In this document: piece after piece, positions 1 through 10,435 of the stretch
Position numbering within the stretch: position 1 is the stretch's first letter
How the letters are laid out: each line of letters opens with the position of its first letter
Source: an uncultured Actinomycetes bacterium
GTDB lineage: Bacteria; Actinomycetota; Actinomycetes; Streptosporangiales; Streptosporangiaceae
Assembly: GCA_963709075.1 (NCBI GenBank)
Contig: CAVPUY010000010.1
Span: 117,654-181,653 of the forward strand
DNA length: 64,000 nt
Direction of reading: 5' to 3'
Program-made: the position numbers and the translations under genes
Notes under the pieces: model-generated
Databases searched by the model: none
What the model was told of the DNA's origin: nothing
The model's input: only the letters and a program-made list of their open reading frames with translations

Positions 1-265
1 AGCGTCTGGTGCGCCTCGGCGGAGATCGAGCCGTAGGACATCGCGCCGGTAGAGAACCGGCGCACGATGCTCGCCACCGGCTCGACCTCGTCCAGCGGCA
101 CCGGCGGCCGCTGCGCCGCAGGCGCCCGCAGCGCCGCGGACGCTGCCCCGGCCGCCGCCCCCGCCCCCGCCGCGGCCGCTGCCCCGGACCCGCCGGACCT
201 GCCCAGCCCCGGACGCTGCCCCGGCCCCCCCGCGCCGCGGCCGCTGCCGCGGCCGCTGCCCCGGA

Positions 266-327
266 CCCGATGGATGTGACATCCATCGGGTTCTGACCCC
301 ATGGATGTGACATCGACCGGGTTGCGC
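266..327. repeat. Imperfect ~31-bp direct duplication with an embedded 25-nt palindrome, inside the gltB coding region
   Basis: 266-290 cccgatggatgtgacatccatcggg equals its reverse complement except for the centre base. The motif atggatgtgacatc occurs at 270-283 and again at 301-314, with similar flanks (ccc...ggg tt). Confidence 0.85.
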
Positions 328-1045
328 GCTGGCCATCGGCGGGCTCGTCGATGCCGCGGATCCGGAGCAGGCCGCGCAGCGTCATCAGCTGCTCGGACTG
401 GCGGTCGACAAGCTGCGTGTACTCGGCGAAGACGTCGCTGCGCTTGCTGCGGGTCGCGTGCTGCAGCTTGAATACAGCCTCCGGGCTGAACAGGTGCGGC
501 TCGCCGTCCCGCCGCCACTGGTACTCCCCGCCGGTCGCCAGCTCCTGGTGCGGGGGCCTGGCGCCGCGCGGCGGGAAGGCGCGGGCGTGCCGGGCGGCCG
601 TCTCGGCGGCGAGCACGTCGAAGCCGATGCCGCCGAGCCGGGACGCGGTCCCGGCGAAGCACTCTCCGATGACGTCGGTGCCGAGCCCGATCGCCTCGAA
701 GATCTGCGCTCCGGTGTAGGACGCGACCGTGGACACCCCCATCTTGGACATGATCTTCAGCACGCCCTTGCCGAGCGCCTTGATCACGTTGGCGGCGGCC
801 TTCCTGGTGGTGACCCCGGCCAGCGCGCCGCGCCGGACCATGTCCTCGGCGGACTCCACCGCCAGGTACGGGCAGACGGCGGCGGCACCGTAGCCGATCA
901 GCAGCGCGATGTGATGGCACTCGCGCGCGTCGCCGCTTTCCACGATGAGGCCGGTCATGGCCCTGGTCTTGGCCCTGATCAGGTGGTGGTGCACGGTGCC
1001 GGTCAGCAGCAGCGACGGGATCGGGGCCAGCGCGTCTTCGCCGCT

Positions 1046-1177
1046 CGGCTCGGCAGCGCCCGGCTCGGCAGCGCCCGGCTCGGCACAGCCGGGGTCACGG
1101 CCGCCAGGGCCGCGGCAGGCGGAGTCACGGCCGGCGGAGTCACGGCCGGCGGAGTCACGGCCGGCCGGGTCGCGGCC
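1046..1177. repeat. Two blocks of in-frame 15-bp tandem repeats inside gltB
   Basis: cggctcggcagcgcc at 1046-1060 and 1061-1075, plus a partial third unit. ggcggagtcacggcc at 1118-1132, 1133-1147 and 1148-1162, plus a degenerate unit at 1163-1177. On the coding strand these give AEPGA and GRDSA repeats. Confidence 0.9.
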
Positions 1178-3359
1178 GGTGCCGCGGTCGGCGGCCCCGC
1201 GGCCAGCCGAATCGCGGCCGCTGCCGCGGTCGGACAGCACGATCAGCCGTGCCCCGGCCGAGATCGCCGCGGACACCTCGGCCCGGACCTCGGCAAGCCG
1301 CCCCCGCAGCGCCGGGCCGCCGCCCGCGGCCTGGTAACGGCCGTCGACCACGTAAACGGCGAACCCGCGCTGGTCGCCGTCGTCATTGATGTGGATGATC
1401 TTCGCGAGGTCGCTGTCGCTGATGACCGGGTAGGGCAGCACGATCTGCCGGCAGGAGGCCGGGCCCGGATCGAAGAGGTTGTGCTCAGGCCCGGTCGACG
1501 ACCCGAGCGAGGTGACGAGCTCTTCCCTGATCGCATCCAGCGGCGGGTTCGTGACCTGGGCGAACAACTGGGAGAAGTAGTCGTAGACGAGCTGCGGGCG
1601 GCTGGCGAGGACGGCCAGCGGCGTGTCGTCGCCCATCGAGCCTGTCGGCTCGGCGCCGGTGCGTGCCATCGGCCCGATGATGACCCGCAGTTCCTCCTCG
1701 GTGTAGCCGAAAAGCTGCTGCTGAGTGCGCAGCGCCCCGGTGCCGGACTGGACCCCCTCCCGGTCCGGCAGGTCGTCGAGGTGCAGCAGCCCGGCATGCA
1801 GCCAGTCCTCGTACGGGTGCTCGGCGGCGAGCGACGCCTTCACTTCCTCGTCCTCGATGATCCGGCCGCTCGCCGTGTCGGCAAGGAAGATCCGGCCCGG
1901 CTGCAGCCTGCCCTTCCTGATCACTGTGGCCGGATCGATGTCCAGCACGCCGACCTCGCTGGCCAGCACGACCAGGCCGTCGCTGGTCACCCAGTACCGG
2001 CCCGGCCGCAGCCCGTTCCGGTCGAGCACGGCGCCGATCATGGTGCCGTCGGTGAACGCGATCAGCGCGGGCCCGTCCCACGGCTCCATCAGCGACGCGT
2101 GGAACCGGTAGAACGCGCGCCTGGCCGGATCCATCTGCGTGTTGTTCTCCCACGGCTCCGGGATCATCATCAGCAGGGCGTGCGGCAGCGACCGGCCGCC
2201 GAGCTGCAATAGCTCCAGGCAGGCGTCGAAGCTGGCCGAGTCGCTGGCGGTCTCGTCCAGCACGGGCAGCAGCCGCTCGATTCCCCGCCCCTCGGCGTCC
2301 GGCCTGATCAGGTCGGTGGCCAGCATGGCCTCGCGGGCCCGCATCCAGTTGCGGTTGCCCCTGATCGTGTTGATCTCGCCGTTGTGCGCGACGAACCGGA
2401 ATGGGTGCGCGAGCGGCCAGGACGGGAAGGTGTTCGTGGAGAACCTGGAGTGCACGAGCGCGAGCGCAGAAGAGTACCTGGCGTCGGACAGGTCCGGATA
2501 GAACTGCTCAAGCTGCGGCGGGGTGAGCATCCCCTTGTACACGATCGTCGCCGACGACAGGCTGGCGAAGTACACGCCGGCTGCCTGCTCGGCCTGCTTG
2601 CGCAGGCAGAAAGTCAGCCGGTCGAGAGCCAGCCCGGTCTCGCCCGCCATCCCGGCCACGAACAGCTGGCACAGCTGCGGCAGCGCCGCCCGTGCGCCCG
2701 CGCCGCAGCAGGCGGGGTCATGCGGGACGGCCCGCCAGCCGAGCACGGTCAGGTGCTCCCGCTCGGCGATGCGCTCGACGACGGCCATCGCCTGCGCGAG
2801 GCCGCTGCCGTCCTCGCCGCTGCCGTCCTCGCCGCCGCCGTCATCGGCACCGCCGTCCTCGCCGCGGCTGCCGCCATGCTGGTCGCCGTGGCCCGGCAGG
2901 AACATCAGGCCGGCCGCGTAGGCGCCAGGCTCGGGCAGCGCGAACGCGCAGACGGAACGGAAGAACTCGTCCGGGATCTGGGTCAGGATGCCGGCGCCGT
3001 CCCCGGTTTCCGGGTCGCTGCCCTTGGCACTGCGGTGCTCGAGGTTGCGCAGCACGGTCAGGGCGCGGGTCACGATGTCATGGCCGCGGCGGCCGGACAG
3101 GTCGGCCAGGAAGCCGACTCCGCAGGCGTCGTGCTCGTAGCGGGAGTCGTAGAGCCCCTCGGTCGACGGGGTTGCAGCAGGTGCCATCCGTACTCCTGTC
3201 GTCTCAACCGCCAACACGCTCGGAACCTGGAGTGGGACGACGTCGGCCCTGCCGCGGATTAGCTAGCCCGCTGGCTCATCGATGCCCATAATCGGCCGGT
3301 CGATGCGCTTAGAGAGTACCCGGGATTGCGCGCCGGGAGAAGATCATGCGCGGAGAGAA

Positions 3360-4172
3360 TCAGGTGCCAGGCGCCGCCCGGCTTCGCACCCCCGCAGCCA
3401 GGTCAATGGCCAGGTCACGGACCTGCGCGACGGCGGTGGCCGGGTCGTCGGCGGCGAGCATGCGGGCGACGAAAGCAGAGCCGACGATCACCCCGTCGGC
3501 GAAGCCGGCCACCTCGGCGGCCTGCGCGCGGTCCCGTACCCCCAGGCCGACCGCCACCGGCAGGCTGGTGCAGGCGCGGACCCGGCGGACCAGCCCGGCC
3601 GCCGCCCCGCCCACGCTCGCCCTGGCGCCGGTCGTGCCCATCAGCGATGCCGCGTAGACGAAGCCGCGGCACGCCCCGGTGATCAGCTCGAGCCGCTGGT
3701 CGGAGGAGCTTGGCGCGACCAGGAAGATCGGGTCTAGCTGCAGCTCCGCAGCCGCCTGCAGCCACGGCTGAGCCTCTTCCGGGGTCAGGTCCGGGGTGAT
3801 CATCCCGGCGCCGCCCGCGCTGGCGAGATCCCGTGCGAACGCCCGCACGCCGTAGTGGTCGACCGGGTTCCAGTAGGTCATCACCAGCACCGGCACCCCG
3901 GCAGCGGCCACCGCGGCGACGGTCCGCAGCACGTCAGTCACCCGCACGCCGCCGGTCAGCGCCCGGTGCACGGCCTGCTGGATCACCGGGCCGTCCATCA
4001 GCGGGTCAGAGTAGGGCAGCCCGATCTCGATCACGTCGGCGCCGGCGTCCGCGATCGCGATCGCCGCGGCGATCGCGCCGTCCACCGTCGGGAAGCCGGC
4101 CGGCAGGTAGCCCACCAGCGCGGCCCGGTCCTCGGCGGCCGCCTTCTCGAACGCGATGCTGACCGTGCTCAC
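3360..4172 (-). CDS. trpA: Tryptophan synthase alpha chain
   Basis: Intact 270-aa ORF. Contains [17 protein letters not shown] and [13 protein letters not shown]. The start overlaps the trpB stop (ATGA-type coupling). Confidence 0.95.
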   Translation of the reverse strand: MSTVSIAFEKAAAEDRAALVGYLPAGFPTVDGAIAAAIAIADAGADVIEIGLPYSDPLMDGPVIQQAVHRALTGGVRVTDVLRTVAAVAAAGVPVLVMTYWNPVDHYGVRAFARDLASAGGAGMITPDLTPEEAQPWLQAAAELQLDPIFLVAPSSSDQRLELITGACRGFVYAASLMGTTGARASVGGAAAGLVRRVRACTSLPVAVGLGVRDRAQAAEVAGFADGVIVGSAFVARMLAADDPATAVAQVRDLAIDLAAGVRSRAAPGT

Positions 4173-5683
4173 CGGCCTGGCTCCGTGGCTTGCCCCGTCG
4201 CGCGCTCAGCGGGGCCATCGGCGGGGTCATCGGCGGGGTGCTCGGCGGGGTGCTCGGCCGGGTGTTCGGCGGGGTCATCGGCGGGGTGCTCGGCCGGATA
4301 GCCGAACCAGCGGGCCGCGATGTCCATGTCCTTGTCACCGCGGCCGGACAGGTTGACGAGCAGCACGGCGCCCGGGCCGAGCTCGCGGCCAAGCTGCAGC
4401 GCGCCGGCCAGCGCGTGCGCCGACTCGATCGCCGGGATGATTCCCTCCGTGCGGCAGAGCAGGGCGAACGCGTCCATCGCCGCGGCGTCGGTGACCGGGC
4501 GGTAGCTGGCCCGCCCGGTGTCGTGCAGCCAGGCATGCTCCGGGCCGACGCCGGGATAATCAAGACCAGCCGAAACGGATTGCGTGTCGCTGGTCTGGCC
4601 GTCTGGATCTTGCAGCAGATAGGTGCGCATGCCGTGAATCACGCCTGCGGAGCCGCCGGACAGCGTGGCCGCATGCCGGCCGCTGGCCAGCCGGGCGTTC
4701 TCGCCGCCAGCCCCGCCTGTCCCGTTTCCGCCGCCAGCCCCGGCTTCCCCGCCAGCCACACTGGCGCCGTGGGCTTCGACGGCCCCGCTGGCCTCGTCGG
4801 CCTCGCTGGCCCGGCCGGCCCCGCCGGCCCCGCCGGCCTCGCAGCCGACCAGGCGGACCGACTGGTCCGGGATGAACTCATGGAAGATCCCGATGGCGTT
4901 GGAACCGCCGCCGACACAGGCGATCACTGCGTCCGGCAGCCGCCCAGCGGCGCTGATCACCTGCGCCCGCGCCTCCACCCCGATGACTCGCTGGAAGTCC
5001 CGGACCATCAGCGGGAACGGGTGCGGGCCCATTACCGAGCCGACGCAGTAGTGGGTGCTGTCGACCGTCGACACCCAGTCGCGGAACGCCTCGTTGATCG
5101 CGTCCTTGAGCGTCCGGCTGCCGATCGTGACCGGCACTACCTCAGCACCGAGCATCCGCATCCGGACGACGTTCAGCGACTGCCGCCTGGTGTCCTCCTC
5201 GCCCATGTACACGACGCAGTCCAGGCCGAGCAGCGCGCACGCGGTGGCGGTGGCGACCCCGTGCTGGCCTGCCCCGGTCTCGGCGATGACCCGCGTCTTG
5301 CCCATCCGCCTGGTCAGCAGTGCCTGGCCGAGCACGTTGTTGATCTTGTGAGATCCCGTGTGCAGAAGGTCCTCGCGCTTGAGGAACACCCGGCAGCCAC
5401 CTGCCTCGGCGGCGAACCGCGGTACCTCGGTGAGCAGCGTCGGCCGGCCGGCGTAACCGCGCAGCAACGCGGCCAGCTCCGCCTGGAAGCCCGGGTCCGC
5501 CCTGGCGTCCAGGTAGGCGGCGGTGAGCTCGTCCAGTGCCGACATCAGCGCCTCGGGGGCAAGCCGGCCGCCGTAGGGACCGAAGTGCCCGGACGCGTCA
5601 GGGACAGCGGCCGGCCCGCCGGGCCAGGCCGCATGCCGGGAGCCGGGCCCGGCTTCCGGCGACGCGGTTCCTGGCACGGTCAT
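4169..5683 (-). CDS. trpB: Tryptophan synthase beta chain with a ~50-aa Gly/Ala-rich internal insert and a repetitive C-terminal tail
   Basis: Intact 504-aa ORF. Contains HTGSHKINN (PLP lysine), [11 protein letters not shown] and LSGRGDKD. An insert lies between CEAGG and HAATLSGG. The tail reads [24 protein letters not shown]. Confidence 0.95.
   Translation of the reverse strand: MTVPGTASPEAGPGSRHAAWPGGPAAVPDASGHFGPYGGRLAPEALMSALDELTAAYLDARADPGFQAELAALLRGYAGRPTLLTEVPRFAAEAGGCRVFLKREDLLHTGSHKINNVLGQALLTRRMGKTRVIAETGAGQHGVATATACALLGLDCVVYMGEEDTRRQSLNVVRMRMLGAEVVPVTIGSRTLKDAINEAFRDWVSTVDSTHYCVGSVMGPHPFPLMVRDFQRVIGVEARAQVISAAGRLPDAVIACVGGGSNAIGIFHEFIPDQSVRLVGCEAGGAGGAGRASEADEASGAVEAHGASVAGGEAGAGGGNGTGGAGGENARLASGRHAATLSGGSAGVIHGMRTYLLQDPDGQTSDTQSVSAGLDYPGVGPEHAWLHDTGRASYRPVTDAAAMDAFALLCRTEGIIPAIESAHALAGALQLGRELGPGAVLLVNLSGRGDKDMDIAARWFGYPAEHPADDPAEHPAEHPAEHPADDPADGPAERATGQATEPGR
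4205..4297. repeat. In-frame 12-bp tandem repeats (cggcggggtcat / cggcggggtgct) encoding the trpB C-terminal tail
   Basis: Read directly in 4205-4297. Alternating units give AEHP/ADDP tetrapeptides on the minus strand. Confidence 0.85.
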
Positions 5684-6489
5684 CCGCGGTCACCGCGCAG
5701 CGCCGGGTGCGAGCCTGCGGTCACCAGGTCGGCGACCGCCGACCGCGGGTCGCGGCCGGTCACCAGGCTCTCGCCGACCAGCACCGCGTCAGCCCCGGCG
5801 GCCGCGTACGCGAGCAGGTCATGCGGCCCGCGGACGCCGGACTCGGCGATCTTCACGATGCCCTCCGGGATCTGCGGTGCGAGCCGCCCGAAGACGCCGC
5901 GGTCGACCTTGAGCGTCGCCAGGTTCCGCGCGTTCACCCCGATGACGTTCGCGCCCGCGTCGACGGCCCGGCCGAGCTCGTCGGCGGTGTGCACCTCGAC
6001 CAGCGGGACCAGGCCGATCGACTCGGCGCGCTCGACCAGGGAGACCAGCGCGTTCTGCTCCAGCGCGGCCACGATCAGCAGCACCATGTCGGCGCCGTGC
6101 GCCCTGGCCTCCCAGAGCTGGTAGGAGCTGACCACGAAGTCCTTGCGGAGCAGCGGCACCCGGACGGCGCCGCGGACGGCGGCCAGGTCGTCGAGGCTGC
6201 CGCCGAACCGGCGCGACTCGGTGAGGACACTGATCACGCGCGCGCCGCCCGCCTCGTAGTCGGCTGCGAGCGCGGCCGGATCAGCGATCGCTGCCAGCGC
6301 GCCCTTGGACGGGCTGGCCCGCTTGACCTCGGCGATCACGGCGATGTCGTCGCCCCTGAGCGCGGCGAGGACGTCACGCGCCGATGCGGCCTTGCAGGCC
6401 GCCTCCTTGAGCTGCTCCAGCGGTACCTCCCGCTGGCGTGTCATGAGGTCGGCGCGGACTCCGTCGAGGATCTCGTCGAGCACGCTCAC
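5680..6489 (-). CDS. trpC: Indole-3-glycerol phosphate synthase
   Basis: Intact 269-aa ORF. Contains [17 protein letters not shown] and VGESLV. A 4-nt overlap with trpB. Confidence 0.95.
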   Translation of the reverse strand: MSVLDEILDGVRADLMTRQREVPLEQLKEAACKAASARDVLAALRGDDIAVIAEVKRASPSKGALAAIADPAALAADYEAGGARVISVLTESRRFGGSLDDLAAVRGAVRVPLLRKDFVVSSYQLWEARAHGADMVLLIVAALEQNALVSLVERAESIGLVPLVEVHTADELGRAVDAGANVIGVNARNLATLKVDRGVFGRLAPQIPEGIVKIAESGVRGPHDLLAYAAAGADAVLVGESLVTGRDPRSAVADLVTAGSHPALRGDRG

Positions 6490-7061
6490 GCGGTTCTACT
6501 GCCCCCTCGGGTGGGATGCCTGGCGTCCCCGATCGTACCGAGCGGGCCTGGCGCGCCCGGCACGCCCCCTGGCGGCGAGCCCGGGATCAGCCGGCCGCAC
6601 TGCCGCCGAAGGCCCCCTCTGCGGGCTCGGCCAGGCTGGCCTCGCCGATGGCTGCCCGGCGCCACGCCGGCTGGCGCGCCGAAGGCACGTGCGACGGCCG
6701 GGTGCAGCAGCGTCCCGATGGTGATGATCGCGAAGAGCGTGCCGCCGAGGTAGCGCGAGGTGGCGAACCGGAACAGGCCGAACAGCGCGAACGCCATCTC
6801 GGCGCCCACCGCGAGCAGCCAGCCGGCCTGGGTGCCGGTGCGTACCACCAGGACGAGTCCCCACAGCGCGGCCACCACCATGAGCGTGATCACGATCGAC
6901 GGCAGGTGACGACGGCTGTAGCACAGCCCGATCACCGCGGCCAGGCCGGTCTGCGCCACGACCAGCCGCGTCACCAGGGCGACAAGCTGATGCGGCGGAT
7001 CGCTGCCCGCTGCGCGCGCCCGGGCGCCGCCGGCCGGGGCATCGCCGCGCCGCATCCGCAC
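6486..7061 (-). CDS. Hypothetical membrane protein (about four hydrophobic helices) inside the trp operon
   Basis: 191-aa ORF whose stop overlaps the trpC start. Hydrophobic segments include [56 protein letters not shown] and [11 protein letters not shown]. The Arg/Gly/Pro-rich C-terminus is of doubtful frame. No family was recognised. Confidence 0.5.
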   Translation of the reverse strand: MRMRRGDAPAGGARARAAGSDPPHQLVALVTRLVVAQTGLAAVIGLCYSRRHLPSIVITLMVVAALWGLVLVVRTGTQAGWLLAVGAEMAFALFGLFRFATSRYLGGTLFAIITIGTLLHPAVARAFGAPAGVAPGSHRRGQPGRARRGGLRRQCGRLIPGSPPGGVPGAPGPLGTIGDARHPTRGGSRTA

Positions 7062-7107
7062 TTGTCACCTCCGCGATCGCAGGAAGAACTCGGACTCTCG
7101 CTTGAGC

Positions 7108-7855
7108 CTAACCCGGCCCGCCATCGGTGGGATCCTCGCCGCGGCTGAGCGATTCCCAGATGGTGGCGGCGTCCCCGGCGGCCGGCACCGGGCCAGCCGC
7201 CACCGGGCCAGCCGCCACCGCGGCCGGCCGCGGCCTGGCCGGTTCCGGCGGGTCGAACCGGCTCGACATGACCGGCCAGCCCGCCCCGCGCCAGAACACC
7301 AGCAGCCCAGCCGTGATCACCGCCGCGCCGCCGGCCACGGCCAGGATGTGCCAGGGCAGCGCGGTCATCACCACATGTGGCGAAAACCCGGCGATGGGCG
7401 GCGCCGCCGCCCTGCCCGCTGCCCGCGGTGACGGACCCGCCACCGGCCACCGAGCCGCCAGCGGTGACGGAGCCCGCCGCTGCCGGTGACCCTGCGCTGC
7501 CGGAGACAGCGGCGATCGCGTCGGCCGCGGTTACCCGCAGGCTCACCGCCGCGACGATGCCGGCACCGAACCCGGCTAGCGCCAGCCCGACCAGCTTCCT
7601 GCCCATCCCGCGCGTCGCGAGGACGGCGGCCAGGCTGGCGAGCACGGCTACGGCCAGCGCGGCGGCGGCGGGGACCAGGTCCTGCCCGGTAACTGGTGAG
7701 TCGCTGCCGGGCAGCGGGCGCGGGGCGGCCGTCCGCACATGCGCCCAGTCCTGCCGGACGGCCAGGAAGACCAGGCCAGCGCCCGCCGCGCCGAGCAGCA
7801 GGACGAGGACAAGCTCGCGGCGCGGCGAGCGGCGCCGGTCCTGCGTCGCGCCCAT
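7108..7855 (-). pseudogene. Trp-operon-associated membrane protein (TIGR02234-like), one frame break near 7395-7412
   Basis: ATG at 7855 (residue 282 of ORF 6971..8698) with GGAGGGAGG upstream. The N-terminal part is MGATQDRRRSPRRELVLVLLLGAAG...ATRGMGRKLVGLALAGFG. The C-terminal part lies in ORF 7108..7443 (PWHILAVAGGAAVITAGLLVFWRGAGWPVMSSRF...WESLSRGEDPT). Removing one base joins the two parts. Confidence 0.7.
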
Positions 7856-8029
7856 CGGCCTCCCTCCGCCGCAGATGGCTCGTGCTGAACTAAACCGGCA
7901 GGTCGCGCCCGGCCAGCCGCTACCGGCACGGTATCCCCCCGCTGCCGCGCCCGGCACGGCCGGCCGGTGGCTTACGATCGACTGCCCGCTGCCGCCCGGC
8001 CGGGCCGGCCGGTGGCTTACCATCGCCGG

Positions 8030-8687
8030 ATGAGCTATGCCCAGGATGAGCGCGCCGCGCTGTGCGCGCTGCTGGACAAGATCGGGCCCGCCGCGGCTAC
8101 CCTGTGCGAAGGCTGGTCCACCGTCGATCTCGCCGCTCACCTGGTGCTCAGGGAACATCGCCCGGATGCGGGCGCGGGCATTCTCGGCGGCCCGCTGGCC
8201 GGCTACACCCGGTGGGTACAGCACAAGCTCAGTGCCGGGACGCCGTTCCCGAAGCTGGTGGAGACCATCAGGAGCGGGCCGCCGCGGCTGTCGGTCTTCG
8301 GGCTCCCCGGCATGAACGAGCGGGTCAACACCGTCGAGTTCTTCGTCCACCATGAGGATGTCCGCCGGGCACAGCCGGGCTGGCAGCCGCGGGCGCTCAG
8401 CCACGGCCTTTCTGAGGAGCTCTGGCAACGCCTCAAGATGGCCAGGACGGTGCTGCGGAAGGCACCGGTCGGTGTCGAGCTGGCCAGGTCCGACGAGCCG
8501 CGCGGCCGGCCCGGGCGCACCGAGCATCCGGCTGACCGCCAAGCCGGGCACGCCGGTCGTCACCGTCACCGGCCCGCCTGCCGAGCTGACGCTCTGGGCG
8601 CTTGGCCGGACCGCCGCGGCGCGGGTCAGGCTCGACGGCAGCGCGGCGGACGTACGGGCGCTGAACGCGGCCAGCTGGCGCGTCTGA
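8030..8687 (+). pseudogene. TIGR03085 / maleylpyruvate-isomerase-family (DinB-like, mycothiol-dependent type) protein, one frame break at ~8490-8520
   Basis: The N-terminal part starts at ATG 8030 in ORF 7967..8716 (MSYAQDERAALCALLDKIGP...EFFVHHEDVRRAQPGW). The C-terminal part is in ORF 8352..8687 (VVTVTGPPAELTLWALGRTAAARVRLDGS). The family call is from memory of the conserved layout. Confidence 0.65.
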
Positions 8688-8773
8688 GCCGCGGGCATGC
8701 GCCCGCGGGCAGGTGAGCGGGCCCGGCGGCGCGGGTGGCACCCGTTACCCGGCCGCGGCGCGGGTGCGGCCAG

Positions 8774-10435
8774 TTATCCGGCCGCGACGCGCTGCAGCGG
8801 AAATGGCGCGGCCAGCCGGAGTTCCACATTGCGGTCGGAGACCGTGCCGGCCCGGCCGGAGTCGGCGCCGAGGAGGGGGACGTTCGCGGCGAGCTCCCGA
8901 TGCAGCGCGGCGAGGCCGTCATTGGTCGTCAGCGACCGCGGCGCAGCCGGAGCGTCGTGATCCAGCATCGTGCACACGATGGACAGCTGCCCGCCGGAGT
9001 CGACCAGCTCGACCAGCCGGGTCTGACACGGCCAGTCCACGACCGCGCAGGTGGTGACCTCCCAGAAGCCGCGCGCCGGGCGCTGCGGGTCGCGGCGCGG
9101 GCGCACCGTATTGGCATGAGTGTGACCGTTCAGCCAGAGCACCACGTTGGGGAAGCGGTGCAGCAGGCCGAGTATCTCGGCGACGCCGAGCAACGGCTCG
9201 CCGCCCGGGCCGGAGTGCCCGGCCCTGGTGTTGGTCAGCGTGTCGATCCCGTGGTGCGAGAACAGGATGACCAGGCGGTCGTCGCGGCCAGTGCGGACCT
9301 GCTCGCCATCAGGGCCGCGGTAAGCCGAGTGCACCTCGGCCAGCCGCCCCTCGAGCCACCGGGCCTGCTCGCGGTCCAGGCAGCCGGCTGAGCCGCCGGC
9401 CAGGCAGTTGGTGTCCAGCGCGATCAGCCGGGCGGCGGCCGTGTCGTGCGCGTAGTACGCGGTGCCATCGAGCCGGTTCCGCTCGCTGAACCCGTGTCCG
9501 AACGGGCGCGAGCCCGGCCGGAAATGCGCTCCGACGAAATCGCGCCTGGTGACCGGCTTGCGGTCCGGGTCGGCGGTGACCGCGACCGACGGGCCGGCCA
9601 TGAAGGCCTCCGGCCGCTCGGTGAACAGCTCAAGCGCCTTGTCGTGGTCGAAGCCGTCCGGCAGCCGTACCGGCTTCCGGCCGCCGGTGAGCGCCTCGGC
9701 GAGGGCCGGGGTCGGCACTCCGACGCCCTGGTTCAGCGCCTCGTGGTTGCCGAAGCAGGACAGCCACGGGACCCGCAGCCCGGCGGCGGCGAACGCACGC
9801 AGCGCGTGCCGTAGCAGGCCGGGATGGTGCGGGAAGCCGAATTCGCGCCGGAAGATGTCCAGGCCGGCCGCGCCGGCGCCGTCCGGCTTCCAGAACATGT
9901 CGTCCGGCCAGCCGACCGCCTGCACCCCCTCATAACGCGGCCCGCCGGAGTCCGGCACCACCAGCCCGCCGTCGAACAGGCCAAGGAAGGTCTGCACCTC
10001 GTTCCACTGCGCGTTGTCGATGGCGTCGCCGGTGGTCACCGCCAGCTGGGCCGGCATTCCGGTGACCGGGCCGCGGGCGGCGTTGACCGTCCGGATCGTG
10101 ACGTCGACCGCGTGCGCCGTGATCGCCTCCTGCGGGCGCTGTACCGGCACGATGTGGAGGTACCTGGGGTCGGCGAATTCACGGTTGAGGAACTCGAACC
10201 GCGTCGGCGACTGAATGTCAGCGAGCTGGAGGTCAGTGATGTGCGCCAGGCAGGCCAGCGGGCGGCCTGCCTGGATCTCCGGCCGGGCGGCCGCCAGGCC
10301 GAGGTCGTCCCGGATGTAGTGCGGCTCGCCGTCGGTGATCTCGATGGCCCGGTACGGCGCGCTGGCCCCGTGGCGCAGCACTGCACCTGGCTGCAGGCGG
10401 CGGTCGGTGGTCAGCAGCGGGTGCTGCCCGCTCAC
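8774..10435 (-). CDS. TIGR03767-like calcineurin-type metallophosphoesterase, no signal peptide apparent
   Basis: Intact 553-aa ORF. Metallophosphoesterase motifs: TTGDAIDNAQWNE, CFGNHEAL, LFSHHG and LNGHTHAN. The start overlaps the stop of the upstream ABC ATPase gene by 4 nt. Confidence 0.75.
   Translation of the reverse strand: MSGQHPLLTTDRRLQPGAVLRHGASAPYRAIEITDGEPHYIRDDLGLAAARPEIQAGRPLACLAHITDLQLADIQSPTRFEFLNREFADPRYLHIVPVQRPQEAITAHAVDVTIRTVNAARGPVTGMPAQLAVTTGDAIDNAQWNEVQTFLGLFDGGLVVPDSGGPRYEGVQAVGWPDDMFWKPDGAGAAGLDIFRREFGFPHHPGLLRHALRAFAAAGLRVPWLSCFGNHEALNQGVGVPTPALAEALTGGRKPVRLPDGFDHDKALELFTERPEAFMAGPSVAVTADPDRKPVTRRDFVGAHFRPGSRPFGHGFSERNRLDGTAYYAHDTAAARLIALDTNCLAGGSAGCLDREQARWLEGRLAEVHSAYRGPDGEQVRTGRDDRLVILFSHHGIDTLTNTRAGHSGPGGEPLLGVAEILGLLHRFPNVVLWLNGHTHANTVRPRRDPQRPARGFWEVTTCAVVDWPCQTRLVELVDSGGQLSIVCTMLDHDAPAAPRSLTTNDGLAALHRELAANVPLLGADSGRAGTVSDRNVELRLAAPFPLQRVAAG

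Larger units (their letters stand above)
2..3187 (-). pseudogene. gltB: Glutamate synthase large subunit GltB, first ~1060 codons (3' end lies beyond the window); one net frame change inside a GC-rich insert
   Basis: The minus-strand frame is open from ATG at 3185-3187 (AGGAG 6 nt upstream) to the window edge, so it is absent from the ORF track. My translation gives ACGVGFLADL (Ntn Cys1), LVHSRFSTNTFPSWPLAHPFRFVAHNGEINT, LLMMIPEPWEN and SLMEPWDGPA. At the edge it gives [29 protein letters not shown]. Codon phase from 3187 to ~330 differs by one from the phase of the last ~35 codons. Both phases are open between ~100 and ~330. The C7 run at 225-231 is a candidate indel site. Confidence 0.9.

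Noticed and set aside
266-290. 25-nt palindrome as a transcription terminator or protein-binding operator.
   Set aside because: It lies inside the gltB coding region, far from any gene boundary, and has no U-tract. I report it only as an unusual repeat.
3188-3359. GlnR-type box or terminator in the trpA-gltB spacer.
   Set aside because: I could not find a convincing gTnAc-n6-GaAAc pair or a stable GC-rich hairpin with a U-tract by eye. A motif scan would be needed.
6971-8698. 575-aa minus-strand ORF.
   Set aside because: Only residues 282 to ~435 (7855 to ~7400) are real, forming the Trp-associated membrane protein. The N-terminal 281 residues are antisense to the TIGR03085-type gene, and the tail is out of frame.
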